DNA from: Rhina ancylostomus
Taxonomy: Eukaryota
Length of the DNA: 64,000 bases
Direction: 5' to 3'
Assembly: GCA_030265395.1 (NCBI GenBank)
Contig: JARFYF010000001.1
Span: 135,347,406-135,411,405, forward strand
Both the position numbers and the translations under genes were made by a program. The notes beneath the pieces were generated by a model. It was not told the DNA's origin and did no database searches. It saw only the letters and a program-made list of their open reading frames with translations. Within the stretch, counting starts at the first letter, position 1. Each line of letters starts with the position of its first letter. Of this stretch, positions 12,260-24,305 are shown in pieces.

Positions 12260-14320
12260 CAGAACAATAAAAAACCCAGAAACAACACACAAAATGCTGG
12301 AGGAGCTCAGGTCAGGCAGCATCTATACTAGGACAGTAGATGTTTCAGGTCAAGACCTTTCTTCAGGACTGGAAAGGAGGGAGAAGCCAGTATTAAAAAG
12401 GTGGGGGNNNNNNNNNNNNNNNNNNNNNNNNNNNNNNNNNNNNNNNNNNNNNNNNNNNNNNNNNNNNNNNNNNNNNNNNNNNNNNNNNNNNNNNNNNNNN
12501 NNNNNNNTCAGGACTGGAAAGGAGGGAGAAGCCAGTATTAAAAAGGTGGGGGGAGGGGGGTGGAGCCACAGATGGCAGCTGATAGGTGGATCCAGGTGAG
12601 GGGGGAAAGATAGGCAGGTGGGAGGTGGGAAAGAGTGGAATGAGGCAAGAAGCTGGGAAGTGACAAAGGGCTGAAGATGGAATCTGACAGGGAAGGACAG
12701 TGGACCATGGAATATGGGGGAAGGACACGAGGAGGGGAATGTGCAGGTGAAGAGCAGATTGAGAGGGTGGGAAGGGGAAAGAAGGGGTTTTGGGGCCGGT
12801 GAGAGAAGGGAAAATAAACAGGGGCACAGACAGAGGGGAGTATGAGGTGCTGTTCCTCTAACATGCATTTGGTCTCAATTGAGACACCTGTGGACACACA
12901 TCAATGTGGGAATGGGAAGTAGAAGTAATATGACTGGCCACCGGGAGATCCTGACTATTACGGCACATGGAGTGAAGGTGCTCACTGAAGCAGTCCCCCA
13001 ATCTGTGTCGGTTTCACTGACGTAGAGGATGTTGCACCAGGAGCACCAGATGCAATAAATGACACCGATGGATTGACAACTAAAGGGCTGCCTCACCTGG
13101 AAGGGCTGTTTAGAGTCCTGAATGGTGGTGATGGAGGTGGCGGAGGGGCAAGTGTAACACTTAGTGTGGTTGCAGGGATAAGTGCCTGGAGGGGCATGAG
13201 CAGGGAGGGACAAGCAGACAAGGGAGTCATGGAGAGAGTGATCCCAGTGGAAAGCAGAGAAGGGAGGGGAAGATGTGCCTAGTGGTGGTATCCTGTTGGA
13301 GATGGAAGTTGTCGAATGACATGCTGAATGTGGAGGCTTGTGGGATAGTAGGTGAGGACGAGGGGAACTCTATCCCTGTTAAGTCTGGGTGGGGAATGGA
13401 ATGAGGGCAGATGTTTGGGAAATAGAAAAAATGTGGGTGAAGGCTGCATTGATAGCAGTGGGGGGGGGGGGGGGCCCGGGGGAAATTTTTTNNNNNNNNN
13501 NNNNNNNNNNNNNNNNNNNNNNNNNNNNNNNNNNNNNNNNNNNNNNNNNNNNNNNNNNNNNNNNNNNNNNNNNNNNNNNNNNNNNNNNNNNNNNNNNNNN
13601 NNNNNNNNNNNNNNNNNNNNNNNNNNNNNNNNNNNNNNNNNNNNNNNNNNNNNNNNNNNNNNNNNNNNNNNNNNNNNNNNNNNNNNNNNNNNNNNNNNNN
13701 NNNNNNNNNNNNNNNNNNNNNNNNNNNNNNNNNNNNNNNNNNNNNNNNNNNNNNNNNNNNNNNNNNNNNNNNNNNNNNNNNNNNNNNNNNNNNNNNNNNN
13801 NNNNNNNNNNNNNNNNNNNNNNNNNNNNNNNNNNNNNNNNNNNNNNNNNNNNNNNNNNNNNNNNNNNNNNNNNNNNNNNNNNNNNNNNNNNNNNNNNNNN
13901 NNNNNNNNNNNNNNNNNNNNNNNNNNNNNNNNNNNNNNNNNNNNNNNNNNNNNNNNNNNNNNNNNNNNNNNNNNNNNNNNNNNNNNNNNNNNNNNNNNNN
14001 NNNNNNNNNNNNNNNNNNNNNNNNNNNNNNNNNNNNNNNNNNNNNNNNNNNNNNNNNNNNNNNNNNNNNNNNNNNNNNNNNNNNNNNNNNNNNNNNNNNN
14101 NNNNNNNNNNNNNNNNNNNNNNNNNNNNNNNNNNNNNNNNNNNNNNNNNNNNNNNNNNNNNNNNNNNNNNNNNNNNNNNNNNNNNNNNNNNNNNNNNNNN
14201 NNNNNNNNNNNNNNNNNNNNNNACGGTCTAGTTCCCACCATAGATGCAGCCTGACCTGCTGAGTTCCTCCAGTACTTTGTGTTGCTCCAGATTTCCAGCA
14301 TCTGCAGCCTCTCATCTCCA
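12260..14320 (-). mobile_element. Penelope-like retroelement (degenerate): RT C-terminal/linker and GIY-YIG endonuclease remnants, terminal repeat with hammerhead motif, and an inverted terminal-repeat copy at the other end
   Basis: Minus-strand translations NRDRVPLVLTYYPTSLHIQHVIR and PGTYPCNHTKCYTCP...FQVRQPFSCQSIGVIYCIWCSWCNILYVSET (CxxxxCxxC linker plus VIY..C..C..YV.ET GIY-YIG variant). Terminal repeat at 12270-12375 and a reverse-oriented copy at 14223-14320. Interrupted by N gaps. Confidence 0.85.
12334..12371 (-). ncRNA. Minimal type I hammerhead ribozyme motif (slightly decayed) in a Penelope-like terminal repeat
   Basis: Minus strand: CAGTC-CTGAAGA-A-AGGT-CTTG-ACCT-GAA-ACAT-C-TACTG. 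CUGANGA and GAAA cores present, stem II AGGT/ACCT, stem I CAGT/ACTG, stem III ACAT (ACGT with a CpG transition). Confidence 0.65.
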
Positions 14321-14399
14321 AAAAACACAGAAGGGTGTCACTGAACAGCATTGGAACAAAATTCCCTGATTAAAAAAAAGGTACAAGAACAACATCACA

Positions 14400-14620
14400 C
14401 ATATTAAAACAACTTGACTGCTTGCAAGGGTTTTGCTACATTACTGGGGAAACAATTCTCTCACTGTATTAGCCGACTTATTCTGGCTTAATCCTCGAAG
14501 TCTAAAATTTAAATTTCTTATTCTATTATCCAGATCGTATCATGACTTCACCCTCCCCAACCTCCAACCTTGTAAACCTTCAAGAACTCTATTCTTTCAG
14601 TTCTGGATGGCCTTCTCTCC
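14400..14620 (+). mobile_element. L2-type LINE RT C-terminal remnant
   Basis: TVLADLFWLNPRSLKFKFLILL resembles the L2 motif L..LHWLP...RI.FK.L.L. Confidence 0.5.
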
Positions 14621-15689
14621 CCAGCAGAGACATTTTACTCAAGTTACCTGACCTGTGTTTTCAAAACCCAAGACTACTTGAGTAGTGTAGCGACCGCTCA
14701 ACTCTCTCCACAAGTCAGAGCTTTCTCTGTTCAATCCCACCTAAGCTGACTCACCCAGTGCTTCAGCTATTTCGCACTTCAACCTTCCTTCTCCTTTCCT
14801 ACCATGATCAACCACACACTTCAGCCTCAAGCCAGAGGCACATTTGCAGCTGGCGAGAAGCTTATTGCTCATTCTTCAACTGCCAAACATAACCCGGCCA
14901 GCTACTTCATTGCTTCACATGGGGCTTAGCTATGCATTAATTGCCTGCCATATTTCCTACATTACGCTATTTGAAATCTAAATTGGCTTTGAGGCTGTGA
15001 AAGGTACTATGCAAATCAAAGCCCGTTCAAGTAGGCAAGCAGCCTTGCGCAGTTCTGGGATTCGTTTGTACAGGAGGCAATTCTTTTTGAAGTGTAGAAA
15101 TAATCAGTGGTTGGGCAATTATCTGACTTGCAGGTCCCAGTGCTGACTAGCTGTCAGTGTATGCTCTTCAAAAAGTTTGCTGCTAGGGTGCAGCAGTAAT
15201 TCATTGTGCTTGCCCCCCCCACCTCACCAAGATGTCTTGAGTTCCTTGCCCTAGAACTAATAGCCCAGTAACACACAGGCTTCTCCCAACATGCCTTCCA
15301 CTGCTGATTAATAGGTCATGCTGAAGGAACCTTTGCTCCACTGCAATGAATGTCCCCAGAAGATAGTGCATCCACCCCTTTTTGTTTCCTCCCAAATGCA
15401 CACTGTTGAGCTCCCAATAAAAATCAGTTCTGGTTAGAGGGCCATGATGAATTCCCTTCAACTCAGTATCCCCACTCCATCACTGTCTCATTGTGTGCTA
15501 GTTTATTGTATTGCTAAAGTTCTAACTTCCTGTGCATACAAAAATATATAGAACATAACTGAAAATAGCTATTATCAGATTACTGTNNNNNNNNNNNNNN
15601 NNNNNNNNNNNNNNNNNNNNNNNNNNNNNNNNNNNNNNNNNNNNNNNNNNNNNNNNNNNNNNNNNNNNNNNNNNNNNNNNNNNNNNTCT

Positions 15690-16230
15690 ACTTTAAACAC
15701 AGTTCATTTGCTCATCCTCTTACCCCTTTTCTCCAATATCAAGAAATCTATTAATCTGTTTTGAATGCAACTACTGACCGAGCCTCCACAGCCCTTCAGA
15801 GTACAGAATACCAAAGATTCAACATGGGTGGAAAAAAAAATCTCCATTTCAGTCCTACATGACTTACCACCTGTAATTGAGACTGTGATGCCAATTCCTA
15901 GACTCCTTAGCCAAGAGAAACATCCTCCCTGCATCCACCCTGTCAAGCTTTCCAAGTATTTTGCATCTCTCAATGTCATTCCTTCTACACCTTGAGGTCC
16001 AGCCTGCTCAATCTTCCCTTATAAGATAGACTTAGCATCTCATGAACCAGCCTTGTGAATTTTTGCTGCACTCTTTCCATGCAAGTGTAGAAATTGCACA
16101 CAGTATTCCAGATGTGCTCTCCCCATGGCCCTACATAATTGCACTAAGACATCATTACTCTTGCACTAAAATCCTTCAGCAAAAAAAAAGACCAACCCAC
16201 AATTTGCCTCTCTAATTGCCTGTCACACCT
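15690..16230 (-). mobile_element. CR1-type LINE 3' fragment
   Basis: Typical CR1 3' sequence (gagcctccacagccctt...ccaaagattca; gcacacagtattccagatgtgctctc...ggccctacataattgca). Confidence 0.75.
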
Positions 16231-16303
16231 GCATGTTAGTACAGTGAGGATATCTGCTCTTAAATTCCTAAAGTGAAAAAGAAATGCAATAACGTCAATA
16301 GCT

Positions 16304-16600
16304 CCGGTTGTGGCTCAGTGAATAGCATTCTCACCTGAATCAAAGATCATGGGTCCCAAGGCTTGTGCATAAAAATTATATGACACTAATGCAGTACTGA
16401 GGAAGAACAGTATAGTTCTTCAATGCTGGAGATGCCAAATTCTGGATGGAACATTTCTTTCAGAGGAAAAAGATCACCTGGTTACAGTATGAGTAGCAAT
16501 TTGCTCCAAAACCCTGGTCAATACTTATCCCTCAACCAGCATCACATCGCTGTTCCTGGGGCCTTGGTGTAGGCAAGTTGGCTTGCTATTTACATGCAAG
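16304..16600 (+). mobile_element. Deu-domain (SacSINE1/AmnSINE-like) SINE
   Basis: tRNA-like head gtggctcagtg...ctcacctgaatca, then gcagtactgagg, ccctggtcaatacttatccctcaacca and cacatcgctgtt...ccttggtg. Related copies at ~14700-15020, 25090-25375, 30122-30520 and 41925-42135. Confidence 0.6.
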
Positions 16601-17195
16601 ACTTTCTTTTAGCTTAAGAAAATACAGTGGAACTTAAATCAAGCTGTTATGATTTTAAGATCTAAATTAAGAGTGGTTTTGATTGAACCATTTTTATGGG
16701 AGCCCTGGGGAAAACTAAACAAATTACTCTGAATTCTTGGTTCCAAGATTAAAAATACTCATTCCACATCCACTTGTAATATCAAAATAAATATTTTTTT
16801 GACTCTCATGGTTATAAGAGAATATACTTTATTTCCAGTTGGATGTTTTGAAGACAACTGACTAATAAAGGCAGTCTGTCATTTTTGTTACATACAAGAC
16901 CCCTTTTCGAATATAGGTCACAACAAAATATAGTGGCAAAATTCTACTACTTTAATACAAAAACCTCTATCAAAATACTTAATACATTGACATACAAGCA
17001 GCTTCCAATAAAGTTTAAGTTAAGAGAAAAAGGAATTTTGTTGCACGATTTTAATGACTGCACTTTAATGAATAGTTGCAATGAAGCGAGTCATTTTAAG
17101 AGGAAACTAGTTTACCCAAAACATACTGGATTAAATAAAAAAGTTTTAAAAGATTCCTGCAGGAGTAAAGGAACAGCCATTAAATGAAAACTTAC

Positions 17196-17325
17196 TGTAT
17201 CCAGCATCTCTCTGGTATGAGCAGCAGATACACAAAACCTGGCTCTCGATTCAATGATCGGGGTGGCAGGAAATCCAACCACCACAACTCCAATGTTCCT
17301 TTTCAGCATTTCTCGACCAAAAGCA
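17196..17325 (-). CDS. SPTLC2: SPTLC2 coding exon (equivalent to human exon 11), PATP loop
   Basis: Acceptor atttcctcag|T GCT, donor GAT ACA|gtaagt, 130 bp. [49 protein letters not shown] is SPTLC2-type. Confidence 0.97.
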
Positions 17326-18329
17326 CTGAGGAAATAATACACACTTCAGGTTTAAAAAATGTCCAAGCGAAACATGAAAAACAGAAACAAAGAGTGAACA
17401 GCAGATATTATTTCTCTTCAGAAGGGGAAGGTGTAAAGGGAGCAATAACTAAAATATTCAGAAGTCCAATAGACTTTGAGCAAAAACAAGAGCTGCTGTC
17501 AGGCAGGCACCATCTGTGGAGGGAAAGGTTTAGACTGATCTGGGCCAAATTCAGGCAAATGGGGTTAGCTCAGGTAGAAAACTTGGTCAGAATGGACCAA
17601 TTGGGCTAAAGTGCCTGTTTCTATGCTGTATAGCTCTGTGACTATGAAATGAGCAGTCTACGTTTTGGGTCGAGATCTTCCATCTGGACTTCACGCTCAC
17701 GTGAATTCCAAGACATGGTGGAAAAAGCCTGTGTTACCGGGCTATTAGTTGCCCTATCATGAGTAAAAGCAGATAACCAACATTTCATAATTCACTGCAG
17801 CAAAGGATTAACCAACGTCATGTACATTTTCATAATTCACTCTTTCCTTTTATATCCATTAAAGTCCAAAGAAATGATCAGAGTTTCCAAAATGGAGATA
17901 TCTGCTTAAGTTAGAGAATGTGTACCATAATTTTAATGTCAGTTAGGACCATGGTAACATCACCTGGTAAAATAACTGGCCAGGAATGGATATCCAATTA
18001 AAACTTGCAAAATTCCAGTACCTGCTCATTAGCTGGCATTTTTGGTCAACTTGTTTGCTTTGTTGAATAAGGAAATATTATGCAAATTATATGATCACAT
18101 GATTATTACTTAATGTAATCCATCTAGCTGCTTTAAATAATGGAGTCATATGGTACCTTAAAAGAGAACCACAAGACTGTAGCAGAAATTTCTAGCGATA
18201 ATTGCTTTAACAATCTTATTCACAAATTATGACAACAGTCAACAAATAATTAATGCTTCCATCCTGGACTAAATTAGCTAGAATTTACTGCCACAAAAGA
18301 TATATACCATAGACAATGCTGCACCTCCT

Positions 18330-18990
18330 CTACAGCGAGTTTATGCCTTCACAGTTTAGGAGACCAAAGTGTAGTCAATACTCCAGGTGCAGTCTCACCA
18401 AGGTCCTATACAATTGCAAGATTTCCTTACTCCTTCATTCAAATCCCCTCATTATAAAGGGTAACATACCATTGTCCTCCTAATTACTTGCTGCACCTCG
18501 GACTTCAGAGACTTGTGCACAAGCACACCCAAGTCCCTTTGAACGTTAACACTACACAATCTCTCACCATTTAACAAATACTCCACTTTTCTATTATGTA
18601 CAAAGTAGATAATTACACATCTTTCCATTTTATAGTCCATCTGCCAGGAAAAGCAGGGGCACAAACTCCAAACCTTGCAACCTACAAGTCACAACCTGCT
18701 GATCCAACAACAATCCACTCATTCCCTCTGTGTCCAATAACCAATTCTCAATCCATTTCAGTAGATTACCCCCAATTCTAACTACTCTCTGTTAATCAAC
18801 ATGCTTGTGTCACATTGCAAGAATCCAAATATATCCACTGATTCTGGTTTATCCTGCCAGTCATAACCTCAGACTCCAGCAGATTAGGTAAACACAATTT
18901 TCCTTCCATAAATTGATGCTTAATTGACTTAATCCCACTGTTCAAGGTGTGCTGTTAATACATTCTTCATTATAGATTTCAGTACTTTTT
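18330..18990 (-). mobile_element. CR1-type LINE RT fragment
   Basis: Translation EYLLNGERLCSVNVQRDLGVLVHKSLK matches the CR1 ORF2 motif. Confidence 0.75.
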
Positions 18991-19328
18991 TCCTCTATCA
19001 TTGATATTACATTAATAGTTCCTGTTCTGTCTTTTCTTTAACAGTAATAAAGAGGCAAGGTGCAAAAGAAATTGAACTTTGGTAGCTCCCATCCATCTCT
19101 AACATACACAAAGAAACTACAAAACTTTTGTGGCTGATCAGCATTTCAAATAAGAGGAAATAACACTACTCATTTTTAATTTGTTCACTTGCATTCTCTT
19201 TCATTTGAAATTGCAGTTCAGTGGAGGTATTTTGCAAAACTGCCAGTTGATTTTCTTACTACAGACAGCTAAGGAAACTAAAAACAAAATCTGAGTAAAC
19301 TACAAAGCTCAAGTATGTTTCTCATTTA

Positions 19329-19565
<237 letters not shown>

Positions 19566-20979
19566 TTAAGTACACATCCTGCTTAAAAGGCACAGTTTCT
19601 GCAGAGAATCTTTTGCCACAAATGAAATGTTACAATCTTGTACATTAAAATGATGCAAGAGAACATATCATTAAGATCTACTAGGCTGACTTCGAGTTGC
19701 GGNNNNNNNNNNNNNNNNNNNNNNNNNNNNNNNNNNNNNNNNNNNNNNNNNNNNNNNNNNNNNNNNNNNNNNNNNNNNNNNNNNNNNNNNNNNNNNNNNN
19801 NNCCCCCCCAACGTCAAAGGGAGAAACCTATTCACATTAGGGGCTCTGCTAAAGCAATCATATTGGCTCTCAACTTCAATACATCCAACCACGGGAAAAT
19901 CAACACATAATTGAGAATCGTCCCAATGAACATCTCTGGCATACTTTAACTTCAATGCTTGCCAAAAAATAATTGGCTCCATTAGGAAATGAGAAATTTT
20001 TATTTGATATTTCTGGGCTTAAACTATTTACAATTATCGCTTGCACACATTCATATTGTATTCATATGCTTGACTCCACACTACTTATAAAAATTCACTT
20101 GCTCAATCCTGTGGGTAATCCGTTAACTCTCAGACTGCTAGAGTGCAGAGAGCAAAGAGAAGGAGCTAGTTTTAGAAAGTTGCAGTAAAATTAGGGATTA
20201 ATGTAATCAAACAATTGAACCAAAGCAGCAAATATAATTTACAATTACATTGGTTGATAAATGAAGCATAGAATTAATGTAATGATAAGGAAAGATAGAA
20301 GATCTTCTTTACTCGGTGTGACTAGCACCACAGAAAATTCTTGTGAATATATATTGATGTTATTTAAGGTTCAGGTAGGTGTCAGTTTATAAACAGACTT
20401 AAAATTTGTCACTGCACTTTGACTTTTCACAGAACCTAACTTGTGCAAAGTGCATCAATTTGAAGTATGAACATTATTCCTTAAAAATGTTGTCATTGTT
20501 AAATGAAACAGTTGTGACATGCTGATTTGTAATCAACCACCCAGCTGTGGTGTATTTTATACCTCAATGAGACCCTGCTGTATTTCATCCTTGACTTAGT
20601 ATTAGTTGGAATTACTGACCTCAGTGACAAACTGAAACACTCAACAGTTGCAGCTGGGACACACACTTCATGATAAAACAGCCCATCAATATTCACCAGT
20701 TTAATCTTGGACAAAGTCTGGCCAAGTGAAGGCACAAGTGATGACTGCTGGTGAGCACCAAATGACACAGCTTTAAATAAACAAATTATAACTTATGTTG
20801 AGGACCACCTGGTTCCTTCATTTTTTGATGTATATGCACACANNNNNNNNNNCTTTAAGTGGATGAAGCTCTTTAATTAGGATCTAGAATGTTCCATCAC
20901 CCTCAGCAGGTAATTCACACATTCCACAAGTCAACTCTTCACACAAGATAGGATGCCACAAGTCATTCTACTACAGGAC

Positions 20980-21100
20980 AAATTGTGGGCATGCTGTATT
21001 GGCGCCAGAAGCATGCTGACACTTGCAGGCTGCCCCAGAACACTCAACGCAAAAGATGCATGTCACTGTGTGTTTCAATGTACATGTGACTAATAAAGAA
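20980..21100 (+). mobile_element. Short non-LTR retroelement 3' tail
   Basis: ttgtgggcatgctgtattggcgccagaagc...tcactgtgtgtttcaatgtacatgtgactaataaa. Ends in AATAAA and is recognised as a common elasmobranch repeat tail; family uncertain. Confidence 0.5.
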
Positions 21101-21499
21101 ATCTTATCCGTAAAACAGGAATAGGGAGTCAACTCTAAACACTGAGTCGACCATATTCTTCCAAACACAGGATTCAATCCATAGTAATTAAATGGAAACA
21201 CAGTAGTAAATAAAACCTATATTTCTTTGAAGGACCAATGATGACTTGCTTCCATTCTGATTCTGAGGTGAATGAGGCCAATACAGGATTCGACCCAAAA
21301 CAATGACAGTTCTTTTCTCCCCACCGATGCTGCTCAACCAGAGTTCCTCCAGCAGATCATTTATTGCTCCAGATTCCATCATCTGCAGTCTCTTGTGTCT
21401 CCAATACAGGACTCTTGGATTCCCCCACGGATGGGATGGGCAATGTATGACAGGATCAGCTGGTGGGTCATTAGTGAAGCGGTAAATTCCTTTTGCTAT

Positions 21500-21815
21500 T
21501 TATCTTCAGTAGTGGGAGTGACAACAACGGGACATAGCTGCAAACTAAGGGGCTGGTCACTTAAAGCAGAGGTGCATTGAAAGTTCTGAGGGTGGCAAAT
21601 CTCTAAAATTCTCTTCCCCCACCACCCTGCACAAGGGCAGTGGAGGTCAGATCATTAGATATATTTAATGGAGCAGATAAGTATTTGAAAGGTTGAGGAC
21701 TATGGGGAACTGGCAGAGGAGTTGAGGCCAGCATAAATCAGCCATAATTGTACTGAATGTGGGGCTGAGCTTGAGGATCCTGGTGGCCTACACCTACTCC
21801 AGTTTTCATGTGCTC
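21500..21815 (+). mobile_element. CR1-type LINE 3' end
   Basis: gggtggcaaatctctaaaattctct...gggcagtggaggtcagatcattagatatattt...cagccataattgtactgaatg, shared with 58090-58490. Confidence 0.7.
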
Positions 21816-23734
21816 CTGAAGTTTGGTCTCAGGTCCAGTGTCATCCCAGATACTACTCCTCACTTTCAGCAGTCACAGTCTATGGATTCCCAGCATTTGG
21901 TCAGGAGATTGCCTCCTCCCTCCCCTAAAGAGGGTTTGAGTCCTTGAATTGTCTTGCAACCTGGTAACCTCTTCATGAGGGAGCTCAGGATAGTGTTCCT
22001 TTTAGTAGTGAGCATGTTAACCATGTGGTTTGCCCCATGCTACTGCCAACTGAAGGTAATTACGGCCTTGATGTTGGGGATGTTGGTCTGGGAGAGAATG
22101 ATGATGTTGGCTTTCTTTCATCCTTTGAGGATTTTGCAGCAACAGTGGAATCTCAAGTGCCTCAAAGTGTCTGCTTCAGGTAACCCAAATCTCAGAAGTA
22201 CATAGGAGGACAGGAACTATAAATGCCTGGTAGACAATGANNNNNNNNNNNNNNNNNNNNNNNNNNNNNNNNNNNNNNNNNNNNNNNNNNNNNNNNNNNN
22301 NNNNNNNNNNNNNNNNNNNNNNNNNNNNNCAAACATTATTGTGAACTTAATTGTACAATGGTGAATGACATCTGCGCTCCCTGAGAATTAGTTCCAAAGT
22401 TACAGAAAGTGGTCCACACTTGAGGGAATTGCCATTATCATTGGAAGACAGTGGTGTATAACAGCAGTAGGTTGGTGGAGGGTCTTTGTTTAGCAGATGT
22501 GATTAAGACCTGCCCACTCGTGTGTTTCAGTGTACAAGTCAGAGGGCTCTAAATAGGTCCAAATGTAAGCATCTGCCTGTGGCAGCTCATCTATTGAAGT
22601 CAAGATGGCATTGATTTTGGAATGGAGATGATGTAGGTTGAATATTTTCCTTATTAGTCTGACAGGCAAATTTGACTCCAGTAGAAAGTTGCAGCATTGT
22701 GATAAAAATTGGAAAATGGTTCTACTCTATTCTCATACCAAATAAAAGAATTTTATTCTTGAAAGAATAAATGCATCTTGAATCAGAATGACTGATCATT
22801 AAATGAAAGTTCTTGATCTTCTAATAGCATACCTTTCTTAACTTTATTTAAAAAAAACTAACATTATTTTAAAAAAAGCCCTACTTTGAATCCCAGCCAC
22901 ATACATATGGAAATATTGGACAGGAAATTATCCACTAGTTCATCCAGCCTGGCCACAAAACTAAAATGCTTTGCACACCACAATATTCACACTTTCCACC
23001 CACCTGAAAGATTAGTAATCCTTTAGGAGATACAAAAATGTAGATTCGAAAAACAAATAGTTAAAAAAACTTGGAAAATTCCTGACCCTTGTGGGTGATC
23101 AAAACTCAGCCAGAGGACCATTTGGAACCTAATGAGATTATATGGTAGCAGCATNNNNNNNNNNNNNNNNNNNNNNNNNNNNNNNNNNNNNNNNNNNNNN
23201 NNNNNNNNNNNNNNNNNNNNNNNNNNNNNNNNNNNNNNNNNNNNNNNNNNNNNNCCTAATGAGATTATAGGGTATCAGCATCTTTTAAACAAGGTGATCT
23301 TAGACCTAAGCACAAACTGTGTGCAGCTTCTTGCTAGTTCTGGCCTTGCATGAATGGAAATTGTGACCCCGATCCAATCTACTAAATTGAGACAAATTGT
23401 CTAAACAATCTATACCCTTCATTTTATAAACTTCAATCACCCAAGCCTATGCTTTTGAAATGTAGAGTTCCAGCTCTGAGCTTATCTTGGTGACTAAGAT
23501 GCTTTAAACTGGGTATTAATCATGCAACCCTCCCCTGCACCCTTCACAAATCCTCAAAACGTCACTCATGTAATGATGATCACCACTGCAGTTGTGATGC
23601 CATAAATGTTTATTTTTCAGATCCAGGACAAAAGTGAATGCAGTTCTATCAGGTAAGACCATATTTGTAACCCACTAATCCTGCTATGGTATATTTAACA
23701 TTTCAATGAGACATACAATATACCAAGCAAAAAA

Positions 23735-24305
23735 TAAACCATTGGAGGAACTCAGTGGATCGAGCAGCATCTCTAGGGGGGAATGGAATCGATATTTTGA
23801 GTCGAGACCCTGCATTAGTACTGAGAATGGGGGGAGGAAGCATAGTTAGTATAAAGAGGTGAGGGGGGGGGCAAGACCAGGATCAGTAGGTGAAAGGTGG
23901 ACTGTGGAAGGGTGAAGGATGATAGGTAGAATGAACCAGGTGGAGGAGGGGGTTGAGTTGGGAAATAGAGACAGGTGAGTGATAGGTGGAAGCAGACAAG
24001 GTTAAAAAAATAGGGGCAGATAGAACCAGGTTTGGGTTGGTGGGGGAAACCTGTACTTTAGGCAAGGGAACAGGTATCCACGTGAGACCACCACCTCAGA
24101 TTCTGCCTGGGCTGACTACAGCCCAATGATATGAGCTTTGAATTTTCCAATTTCAGGTAACTGTGTTCCCCTCTCTCCTCCCGATCCACCTCTGGTCCTC
24201 TCAATTTTTGTTCCCTTTTCCATTCCCCCTCCTCCAGCCCCCCTTTATCCATTTTCACCCCCATTGCCTCCTGGTTCCATTCACCTTCCACCGCACACTT
24301 CACCC
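23735..24305. mobile_element. Penelope-like element fragment with internal inversion
   Basis: Terminal repeat 23735-23825 (ggaggaactcag...gcagcatct...gtcgagaccctgcattagtactg), then a purine-rich tract, then a + oriented endonuclease C-terminus (HHLRFCLG*LQPNDMSFEFSNFR, ~24087-24160) and a pyrimidine-rich tail. Confidence 0.75.

Noticed and set aside
12365-12552. Direct repeat tcaggactggaaaggagggagaagccagtattaaaaaggtggggg on both sides of a gap, which could be a tandem hammerhead pair
   Set aside because: Identical flanks around 100-N gaps recur in this scaffold (23128/23255, 46281/46417), which indicates unmerged contig overlaps. A true tandem cannot be excluded without long reads.
13227-14351. 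Long ORFs of 190-395 aa (also at 24138-25350, 45130-45708, 58360-59322)
   Set aside because: Their length comes from runs of N translated as X; they are not real coding sequence.
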